Assembly (NCBI GenBank): GCA_964276515.1
Contig: OZ193909.1
Location: 21,452,001-21,516,000 of the forward strand
Length of the DNA: 64,000 nt
Origin: Gordius albopunctatus
Taxonomy: Eukaryota
Direction: 5' to 3'
Shown here: in pieces, positions 12,901-23,391 of the stretch
Layout of the letters: every line of letters starts with the position of its first letter
Numbering within the stretch: position 1 is the stretch's first letter
Notes under the pieces: model-generated
Database searches by the model: none
What the model was told of the DNA's origin: nothing
Seen by the model: the letters and a program-made list of their open reading frames with translations, nothing else
Made by a program: the position numbers and the translations under genes

Positions 12901-15900
12901 AACTAGTTTTATATTTATTCATGTTATAGACGCTTTTAATTAAAAATTGATTTAGTTTTATACATTATATCAGCTGTGTAATTCCTGAAATCGCAACGGG
13001 GAATCAAGCAAGTAGCCAGGGTTAACTTGGTGTAATACGTTTTAAAGGTTCCCTTTTCAGCTAGATCCGTGATGCCAATCCATGCCCTGTTTTTACCAAG
13101 TTTATCTTGAATCCAAAATTATTTATATTAAATCCAATATATTTCACAACAGAGATATTTGCTACTAAGTAAAAATGATCATTTATAAAATTTAAGCTAA
13201 TTTTAATAAATTTCACCAAATTTTTTGAATTTAAAGAGGGCAGCCGCCTTCCCCTTGACTAAGCCCATGAGAATTTATCATTATTATTTTACAGTCATCC
13301 CAACCGAGCCAGAAATACCTTGTAGTGGTGGTTGAGCTTGTGTACTCTCGTGATCCAAGAAGCTATACCGTTGGTAGCCAAACACAATTTTTATGTTTGT
13401 TACTGGTGGGGTCACCTTATTAGAAAGGTTGTTGGTTAAGTGTCAGACTAAAATTTCTGGGCTTTTTGAGGGAGTACTTTGTGAAATTGAAGCGATAGAT
13501 TAAGCCTATCAATACGAGTGGTCGAAAGAAAAGTTTAATTCACCAAAATGGCTGCATCATAAAGAATAGTAGGTAGTCAAGCGCCAAAATCTAACATAGT
13601 TCCGTCAGGCTTGGAAGGCCGGGATATCAATAATCCTTCATTCCATATAAACCAAAATGTATACTACAACAAAGACGCAGAATAAAAACCATAGGGCGTC
13701 CCCCTTAAGCGAGGCGCGCATTCTTCGCCTGGAATGTGTGGGAAATAAACGAAGGCTATCGCTCTCTCAACAAACGGAAGCGGTTAAAGACATTAGTTTG
13801 CGTAGGATAAAGTTTGGCTTTAGGTCATGGAATATTGGTATCATGATTAGCAAGAGCAGAGAATTGGCAGACGTTCTAAGGAGGAGAAAAATAGATATCG
13901 CGTGTATACAAGAGACCAAATGGAAGGGTCAAAAAGAAAAATACATAGGGGATGGATACAAATTATATTTTTACGGTACAGAAATTCACAGGAATGGCGT
14001 CGGTATAGTGCTATCGGAAAAATTTCAGCAAATTGTCGCCGACGTTAAGAGAATCAATGACAGAATTATGGCGATACAGCTTTGTCATAAATCTACTACG
14101 ATAAACGTTATATCAGTATACGTCCCTCAAAGTGGATGCTCTCAGACTGAAAAAGAATGTTTTTGGAAGGAGCTTGAAGATGTTCTATCCGAATTTGGTA
14201 AAGAAGGACTAATAATTATCGGAGCGGACCTCAATGGACACGTAGGCAAATCAAGGGGAGGATTTGAAAGAAATTACGGTGTTCGGGGTTACGGCCTAAG
14301 AAATTAATGAGGTACGGAAATTCTAGAAATTGCTCAAGCTTTTGACCTAGCAATAGGAAATACCTTCTTCAAAAAGAGACAGGAACATCTTATAACGTAC
14401 AAAAGCGGCAGCCGTACCACTCAGATAGATTTCTTTCTAGTCAACAGAGCGCACTTAACGTATGTTCAAAATGTTAAGGTAATACCGAGTGAAATATTGG
14501 CCTGCCTACACAAGCTGTTGGTGATGGACTTTATATTAAAGGGCCTTAAAGGGCAAAAAGTTAAAAGAGCAGCCGCTACTATACAATGGAGGAAACTAAA
14601 GGATAATATTCAACATTTTCAGGAACAAGTAATTAAACTTGCTGAATTTAAGGAAAATACTTCATGTGACCATCAATGGTATGGTATAGCTGCCACAATG
14701 CGAAAAGCGGGACGACAAATACTAGGTAAAACAAGCCCACTAAAAGAATTCTCAAGGAAACGTGGTGGTGGAAAGAAAAAGTGCAAAAATATATCAAGGA
14801 AAAGAAGAGATTGTACAAAGTTGGGTATAAAAGTAAGGATAGTAATGATAAGCAAGCCTACCAAGTAGCTAAAAGATTGGTTAAAAAATTCGTAGCAAAA
14901 GCTAAAAACAAGGTGTACGACGATATAAATGTAAAAATAAACTCAAAGGAAGGAGAAATATTGATCTACAAAATCGCAAAGTCGAGGGCCCGAAATTCTA
15001 AAGATTACCTAGAATGCCGTCTAATTAAGGGTCAAAAGGGAGAAATACTAACACACGACAGCCATATACTGCAAAGATGGTACGACTATTATAGCGATTT
15101 ATCAATTGAAAAGGGGCCTGTAGTCGAAGACACTAACCAGGAAAATACAATAGGAGAATTCAACACAGCGAACTGGATCACGGAAACGGAAGTGAAAGTT
15201 GCTATGAGAAAACTAAAGCCAGGAAAAGCTCTTGAATCCGACAATATCCCGATAGGAGGCTTCAAAGTGTTAGGCAATACTGGAGCACAATTCCTCCCCA
15301 ACCTTTTCAACAATATCTTGAAAACGGGTGTAAAGCCTAACGAGTGGAGGGATAGCTACATGTTCCCGATATACAAGATGAAAGTGGACATTCAGGATTT
15401 CAAAAATTACAGAGGGATAAAGCTTATGAGCCACACTTTCAAGGTGTGGGAGAAAGTGATCGAAAAAAGGCTTCGGAGTTTGGTTCAAATTTGAGATAAC
15501 CAATTCGGATTCATGCCGGAGAGATCTAAAGCAGACGGTCTAAACAGTGTTAGAAGATTAATGGAACGGTTTTAAGAAAGGGAAGAGGGTTTGCACATGT
15601 GTTTCATTGATCTAGAAAAAGCGTTCGAAAAAGTTCCTCGTACTTTAGTTTGTAAATATCTTAAAGAAAACAGTGTGCCAGAAGTATACCTCAGAGCAAT
15701 AAAAGATATGTACAAGAGAAATTGAACGTACGTTAGAACAACGGTGGGGACTACAAAGGGCTTTGCCATTAAAACTGGAGTCCATCAAGGTCCACCTCTT
15801 AGTCTCTTCCTATTCATAATGATAATGGATAATATTACGAAGGATTTGGGCGAGATCGGATGAAAATCAGCAACTATGTGCGTCACTTACCTTAGGCGAT

Positions 15901-16892
15901 TGGCAACTTACGAGCGTGGATTCCTTCAAATATTTAGGATCAACACTTCAATCGGATGGTGGAATGGATAAAGAAATTCAAGCAAGGATAAATTCCACAT
16001 GGCTTAAGCTGAGGGACTTGACAGGCGTTCTGTGTGACAAAAACATCCCGAGAAGACTAAAAGGCGCACTATATAAATCGATCATACAGCCGACAGTCTT
16101 GTATAGCTCGGAATCATGGGCTATACGTATAGAGAATAGCAGCGTCTTGCGGCCATGGAAATGAGAATGCTAAGATGGGTGCTACGAGTAAGCTAAAAGG
16201 AGCATAGGCGAAATGAAGAAATAAGAAGAATTCTGGGTACTACATCTATTATGACAAAGTTCCTAACAAATAGACTAAGATGGTAGGGCCATGTCGAAAG
16301 AAGAGACGATAGCTACGTTGGAAAGAAAATCGAGATGATAAATTTCGCTGGAAAACGAAGAAGAGGAAGACCCAAGCTACCCTGAATTCATAAAATACGG
16401 CATGATACGAATGCTGAAAGGACTGACCACCTAGAAAGAAGAAGAATTTTACAGTCATGATTATCTCATAGCAAACTAGGCTTTATATAGAAGACCGATT
16501 ATAGCAAGTTTGAACTCATAAAAGTGTATATAAAACATTTTGCGAAGTTGAAAGGAATAAAAAACGAAAAAAGTTAAGAACTAAAATGATTTAAAAAACA
16601 TTCCGATATTCCTATTAACTTTTATTTACTATATTAATTTCAAAATTTTAAATTTACAATAACAATTCGATAATTTTCCTTGAGGTAAACATATCGTCCA
16701 CTATAAAATAATATTAATAACTATGTACCAACTCTTCCGGTTGGTCAGGTTCAAATATTTTACCGCCCGACTCCTCGCAAGAGGCCACAGTGCCACTGAA
16801 TGTCAATTTACTATCAACGTCAATCAAAATGCATCTACTAGTCAAAGGGAAAAATTCATAACTTGGGGGACAAGGATTAGGGCAAGGAGTTT
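3967..16892 (-). CDS. Copy 1 of a multi-exon gene: 2x C-type lectin-like domains, EB-like Cys-rich module array, SEA-like domain (5' and 3' ends not found)
   Basis: Phase-compatible exons in transcript order: 16729-16892 (TPCPNPCPPSY..CEESGGKIFEP), 12964-13118 (RAWIGITDLAEKGTF; acceptor reads AA), 11810-11952 (NWESHREP..C..C..C), 11569-11732, 9453-9568, 9010-9134. EB-like phase 1-1 exons: 8565-8714, 8130-8282, 7573-7713, 6837-6929, 6267-6395, 5550-5681. SEA-like exons: 4458-4564, 4241-4305, 3967-4127 (EGYFLIVFKLFF). All lengths fit the reading frame; all sites are GT/AG except the one acceptor noted. Confidence 0.8.
4971..5488 (+). mobile_element. 5'-truncated CRE-clade non-LTR retrotransposon fragment (restriction-like endonuclease end)
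   Basis: LEPSNPSLEGRMCPDG..WDFT..AEDRKTLKY matches the RLE at 38158-38994. AATAAA near the end. TTTTAATC is duplicated at 4963-4970 and 5489-5496. Absent at the homologous intron of copy 3 (~63550). Confidence 0.85.
6983..7110 (-). mobile_element. Short 3' fragment of a second CRE-like family
   Basis: Near-identical to 31105-31240 and reverse-complementary to 22338-22400 (RQKITMEIVKS C-terminus). Confidence 0.65.
9718..11497 (-). mobile_element. Internally deleted hAT DNA transposon
   Basis: 12-bp TIR TAGAGACCTGCA/TGCAGGTCTCTA; 8-bp TSD CTGGGCAT (9710-9717, 11498-11505); GGCCC subterminal repeats; minus-strand hATC remnant WWKD..TPASSASSERCF*SAGRI..VFLHQN at ~9900-10078. Confidence 0.9.
10079..11142. 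mobile_element. Non-autonomous hAT-type element nested in the hATC domain of the previous element
   Basis: TIR TACGCCTCTGG vs TACACCTCTGG; 8-bp TSD CTTTCCAC (10071-10078, 11143-11150); CGAAT subterminal repeats. Confidence 0.88.
13299..16445 (+). mobile_element. RTE-clade LINE, near full length, defective
   Basis: APE motifs (SWNIG, IACIQETKW, GADLNGHVG) and RT (NYRGIKLMSH, FIDLEKAF, FKYLGS); (GAA)n tail; 13-bp TSD ATTTTACAGTCAT (13286-13298, 16446-16458). YADD region deleted near 15855. Empty site in copy 2 at ~47095. Confidence 0.95.
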
Positions 16893-17882
16893 CTACCATG
16901 CATGTGAAATAATTTGTATATCTACATTTGAATAAGAAGAATGAAATAATAATTTAGGCGGGGGATGGGGAGTCAAAATAAATTTTTTTTAATTTAAGCC
17001 TTAATTTTAATAAATCCCCCTCCTGCCTCCCCCTGACTACGCCTATGTAGGAGTGAATAAAATGTACCTAATAACGAACATAAGTTACTAGGAATTTATA
17101 AATTAGCCTTATACGCTTTATTTAATCCGAATCAAGTTAAAAAATAGGATGCGATGTAATTTATATTGTAATTTAAACCGTTAAAATGTGAACCAAGCTT
17201 AAATTGCTATGTCGCGGGAGTGAGTTTTTATGGTTAGGAAATTAAAATTATTATTATGTAATAATATATTAGAAATTACTTGAATATTTTTTATTAAATA
17301 ACGTGTTAAAAAACCTCAAATTTCTAAAACATGAAATAATAAAGTATAATTATTTATAATTGATCCTTAAAGATCTATTTATTATGCGATTTAGACAAGG
17401 GTTGGTTGCAACAAATTTTTTTAAAAACAATTTTATACAAATTAATTAACTATTAGACATTACCCATTATATCCAAGATAGCGCCTTTGAATATAATTAG
17501 AAGCCAAAAATATTGGAAACCGATATAGATAAAATTCATGAAGCTTATGTAAATGTTCTAACAAATAATTGCTATTCTAGAAATATTTACGATATTTTTT
17601 ATTCGTAAAAACTTTTACAAACATGAACTTGCTACAAATAAATGGGCTCTTATAACTAACACTTAATGTGAATTAAAATTATTTCAACTAAATTTAAGGA
17701 GATTTCTACAAAAAATTCGAATAAATGTAAATGGAATGTACTTAAATTATGCCTTAATCGGTTTTATAATAGATATAATCCAGTGGCTTAGGTCGCATTT
17801 TGCCCTAGGGAGTAGGCCAATTTGTGATTTCAAACAAGTAGACAGGGGTCAATGGCGATTTATAAAAATCATCCACATAGAC

Positions 17883-19780
17883 ATTCTTCTTTCTATGACT
17901 GTGTGTCACGTAGGCTGGTGGTTAGTCCTTTCAGCATTGGTTTCCATTTGTTTCTATGTTTACATAGATCTTTCTTTATCTTGTGGACTTTCATATCGTG
18001 CCGTATTTTATGAATCTAGGTAAGATTGAGTATTCCTCTCCTTCGTTTTCCTACAAACTTTATCATCTCGATTTTCTTTCCAACGTAGCTATCGTCCCTT
18101 CTTTTGACATGGCTCTACCATCTTAGTCTATTTATTAGTAGCTTTGTCGCAATTGATGTAGTACCCGAAATTCTTCTTATTTCTTCATTTCGCCTATGCT
18201 CCTTTTAGCTTACTCGTAGCACCCATCTTAGCATTCTCATTTCCATGGCCGCAAGACGCTGCTATTCTCTATACGTATAGCCCATGATTCCGAGCTATAC
18301 AAGACTGTCGGCTGTATGATGGATTTATATAGTGCGCCTTTTAGTCTTCTCGGGATGTTTTTGTCACACAGAACGCCTGTCAAGTCCCTCAGCTTAAGCC
18401 ATGTGGAATTTATCCTTGCTTGAATTTCTTTATCCATTCCACCATCCGATTGAAGTGTTGATCCTAAATATTTGAAGGAATCCACGCTCGTAAGTTGCCA
18501 ATCGCCTAAGGTAAGTGACGAACATAGTTGCTGATTTTCATCCGATCTCGCCCAAATCCTTCGTAATATTATCCATTATCATTATGAATAGGAAGAGACT
18601 AAGAGGCGGACCTTGATGGACTCCAGTTTTAATGGCAAAGCCCTTTGTAGTCCCCACCGTTGTTTTAACGTACGTTCAATTTCTCTTGTACATATCTTTA
18701 ATTGCTCTGAGGTATACTTCTGGCACATTGTTTTCTTTAAGATATTTACAAACTAAAGTACGAGGAACTTTTTCGAACGCTTTTTCTAGATCAATGAAAC
18801 ACATGTACAAACCCTCTTCCCTTTCTTAAAACCGTTCCATTAATCTTCTAACACTGTTTCGACCGTCTGCTTTAGATCTCTCCGGCATGAATCCGAATTG
18901 GTTATCTCGAATTTGAACCAAACTCCGAAGCCGTTTTACGATAACTTTCTCCCACACCTTGAAAGTGTGGCTCATAAGCTTTATCCCTCTGTAATTTTTG
19001 AAATCCTGAATGTCCACTTTCATCTTGTATATCGGGATCATGTAGCTATCCCTCCACTCGTTAGGCTTTACACCCGTTTTCAAGAGATTGTTGAAAAGGT
19101 TGGCGAGGAATTGTGCTCCAGTATTGCCTAACGCTTTGAAGCCTCCTATCGGGATATTGTCTGGCCCAAGAGCTTTTCCTGACTTTAGTTTACCCATAGC
19201 AACTTTGACTTCCGTTTCCGTGATCCAGTTCGCTGTGTTTAATTCTCCTATTGTATTTTCCTGGTTAATGTCTATGACTACAGGCCCCTTTTCAATTGAT
19301 AAATCGCTATAATAAGCGTACCATCTTTGAGGTATATGGCTGTCGTGTGTTAGTATTTCTCCCTTTTTACCCTTAATTAGCCGGCATTCTAGGTAAACTT
19401 TAGAATTTAGGGCCCTTGACTTTGCGATTTTGTAAATCAATCCTTCTATTTCCTTTGAGTTTAGTTTTACATTTATATCGTCGTACACCTTGATTTTTGC
19501 TTCTGCTACGAATTTTTTAGCCGATCTTTTATCTACTTGGTAAGCTTGCTTATCATTACTATCCTTGCTTTTATACCAAACTTTGTACAATCTCTTCTTT
19601 TCCTTGATACATTTTTGAACTTCTTCATTCCACCACCACGTCTCCTTGAGAATTCTTTTAGTGGGCTTGCTTTCACCTAATATTTGTCGTCCCGCTTTTC
19701 ACATTGTGGCAGCTTTACCGTTCCATTGATCCTCACATGAAGTATTTTCCTAAAATTCAGCATGTTTAATTACTTGTTCC
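17883..19780 (-). mobile_element. 5'-truncated RTE LINE, inverted near-copy of 14630-16445
   Basis: ORF 18237-18485 is identical in protein to 15916-16164; shares the same internal deletion and stop codon; TTC tail at ~17884. Confidence 0.93.
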
Positions 19781-21829
19781 TGGCCTCAAGTGACAATTAA
19801 ATTATCATTAATTGGCTTTAGCGTATATTGTCGTTCTGTATACACGATTATTCTCAAAGGTTCGACAAGACCAGGTAGAGAAAATAGACGTGTACGCAAA
19901 TAGACTCAATGTCGCAGCTAACAGCTGCAACTTCGGAAACGCTGACAAATTCATTATAAGATTACGCGATAAAAGCTTACAGGCAAGGCTGTTGGCAGAT
20001 AACGACATTAAATGGGACCGCTTACAAGAGCTGGTGTTAGCGGCCGAGACGATAAATGGGGGCTAAGCACCTTGCAAGACGTGTCGGAAGAGGCGTGGAG
20101 CGTAGTGGCGAGACGAGAAGCGTGGCCTCGGCCGGTTAGTATATCCAGGTTAAATCACGCTTTAGATGTGTTAACCGTAAATATATATATTAATAATGAG
20201 TTGTTCCAATTTATCTTCATCGGCGCTACCGTATCGATAATACAGGCGCCAAGGTGGACAAAGGATATCCCACCCAAAAAAGAGCCCGTGCCGACGGTGT
20301 ACACATACGGCCAGGAAGAGATAAAGATTGTAGCCTAGGTGCAAGCAGAAGTCCGAATGGGTAACACGAGGAAACATCTGCCATTATTGTTAGCAGACGT
20401 GGCTGGACCACCGTTGTTACAAATTGATTGGATTCAGGAATTCGAGCCCAAAATTTAACGAAGAATAAGTTAAAACTCGAGAGCAGCGGCTGAACGATTC
20501 GAGGTCAATTACGTGAAAAGGCCGAAGGATACAAAGTCCGTAATCCAGCACGTTATGAAGCAATGGAAGGGTCAGCGGAATAAATTCCCAAAAGCAGCTA
20601 AGAGAATAATGATGGAAGTACCGTTAAAACCGGACATTGAGCCCGCATTTATCCCCGCAAGAAAGGTGCCAATGGTTTGGGAGAAGGAAGTGGAAGAAGA
20701 ACTGAATAAATGGGTCAGAGACGATGTAAAATAGTTAGTTGATTTTTCAAGATTGACCAGTCCAGTGGTACCCGTAAAGAAAAACGATGGAAGTCTAAGG
20801 TTATACAATGATTACAGGTTCCCCATAAATAAATACGTACTAGGTTTAATGTATCCGTTACCAAGAATCGATGATTTGTTAAATAAACTAGATAAGGCGT
20901 GTTGTTTCTCTAAGTTGGACCTGAGAAAAGCTTATTACAGCTTGATTTATGTCCAGAGACAAGCCAATGATTGACGATCTCCACGCACAACGGCTTATTT
21001 AAAGCCAACCGTATGCCTTTTGGCTTAAATTGTGCTGCGGCAATCTTTCAAAAACAATGGATCAGATATTAGCAGGCATGGAGGGAGTAGCAGTATCTAT
21101 CGACGATATACTAATTGCAGGTGAAACTGAAGAAGCAAACAACGAGCGGCTACTCACGGTACTAGAAATGTTACCAAAGTGGGAGTTTTTGCCAAAAATC
21201 ACCAAGTGTTTTGTGGGTAGGGTTTCGATGTCGTCTCGGTTTCGAAAGCAAAATATCGTCTCGTCTCGGGAGAGATTATTAAAATCTCGTCTCGGCCTAG
21301 AAAAATCTTTATCTCGTCTCGTCTCGACTTTTAAATATAATTATACCATATATTTTTTCTGGCTCTTATAAATTATTATATAAGATATATATTGGTCATA
21401 ATGGAACCACTTTTTTTATCTCAAACCCCAAAACACAAGATAGATTAGTAACTTAAGGTAGGAAGCATTAATATAGGTGTTATGTACTAACTCGAAGGTA
21501 TAAAGTTGCTAATTATTAACTTTTATTTACTGGCTAAGGTTCAATAAAAGGATAAAGTTTAATAATATCATAATATTTTAACTTAATGAATTTATTGAGA
21601 TCTAGATCTTATATAATAATTTTAAAATAATGACAAAAATGCGAGAGAAAACTTTTAAAATATTATCATTAGATATAAAAAGTAATTTTCTGAACATTGC
21701 AATTATAATAAAATGGGCATTGTTGGTGGAAGAATATAAAAGTTTTGAGATCTTACGTTTTAATTAAAGTTGTTAAATATAAAATTTAAACAATTCTATT
21801 ATAGTGTGACATCTCATTATACATAACAA

Positions 21830-22455
21830 TTAACCGAACACAACAACGACTGCCTTTTCGAAAGAAACTATCGGCTAATCAAAGATCTTACACCACGTAT
21901 GGCAACGGGAAAAAACTACGCTCAAGCTTTGATAAATTTATATTTTGGACGCAAAGTCACAACCCCCCCCCCCCCAATTATAATCGCCCAGTACCTTAGG
22001 AAGTCTGGCTACCCAAACACATTGGAGCCCGTCGGCTTTAGCACCACCGACGGAAAAGACCAGAAGGCGTCACACTTATCCTATGGTCCCGTGGAGTGAA
22101 TCTCACTTGGGACTTCACCACGTTTGACATATTTGCTCCATCCAACTCCTCCCCCGACCTAATAGTCAATGCAGAGAATAGGAAGACAAGCAAATATTCA
22201 TCCCCCGTGGACACAATATTTATTCCCTTAGTGGCAACCACAATTAAAAATTTAGGCGCCGAAGCTCTTGCTCTCCTGAATTAAATTGGAAAAGCGATCT
22301 CCAACATCTCATTAGATATGAAAGAGTACTTTTGTATCAGGCAAAAGATCACAATGGAAATCGTTAAATCGATCAATGCCATCCGTTTATTTATAACCCG
22401 TTTTTATATTTTTTATGGTCATGAATGTAATTTTTTGTACAACATTTAATAAACA
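21830..22455 (+). mobile_element. CRE-like 3' fragment (RLE domain)
   Basis: LEPVGFSTTDGK..LTWDFTTFDIFAPS..AENRKTSKY; AATAAA at ~22449. Confidence 0.8.
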
Positions 22456-23278
22456 TTATTATACTACTTAATCCATTTATTATTAATTTTAGCATAAAAT
22501 AATTACCTATATTTTAATTTATTGATAAATTACAGCATTTTGCAAAAAGTTTAGTGAATTTGAATGCATCTCCTAAGTCTACATTTTGACATAAAATGTT
22601 ATGAATGTGATGGGTTGAAAATTTTTGTGGTATGCCATGAGTTTAAGCATAGCAAGCTCCTGACAGATTCATGAGTTAATATATTACGATGTTTTTGAAT
22701 AGTCAGATACGCTTCAGAATCAATCTTCAGCAGGCACCGAGGTCGCCGGAGTGCTCAGAAAATCTCTAGCCATTGATGCTAAATCGGGATAATTATATTT
22801 TTAATCAACTAATTATATAATATATTTAATTATCTAGTCATTTTTAAAAAAACATCTTTGATATATAATAGCTGTTGAATGTAAATTTTCTAAAGTATCT
22901 AGGTTGTATGGGGAAAAGTTTTTGGGCAATTTAATTCCTTATTTACTTGAGTGGGGTAAAGGTCATAGTAATCCTTATGATGGTAACGTTTATGATGTCG
23001 TTGAAGACCGGAAGTATTGCTGTCTTACTGCTTTAAAGCACAATCTAAAATTCCCCATTTTATTTGATTCATCCTTGGATACTGTGAAATGTTTGAGCAG
23101 ATTACTCTTTTTTGAGTTGGATGATGAACTTGTTGCGCTTAAACTCATTATAGGTCTAAAATTCTTATATTTTATAATGATGCTATACAAATAAGTAATA
23201 AATACATAATTAGTTCATATACCCTAAGGGCCACTAATACTATGTTGCCTATTGAATTAGATTATAATACAAATTTTA

Positions 23279-23391
23279 AATTTGCGCGGTGCGGAACTAA
23301 TTTAGTATTAAAAGTTTCAAAATCATCATAAATAGCATTTAATATCCTAAATGTAAATCTCATAAAATAAAGGTTCTTAACTAACTTAATT
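23279..23391 (+). repeat. Left copy of 113-bp direct repeat (putative long TSD)
   Basis: Matches 27790-27902 with one mismatch seen (GCGCGGT/GCGTGGT). Confidence 0.95.

Noticed and set aside
21229..21330. Short GTCTCG repeats with spacers, superficially CRISPR-like
   Set aside because: These are subterminal repeats of an hAT element in a eukaryotic context; spacing is irregular and there are no cas genes.
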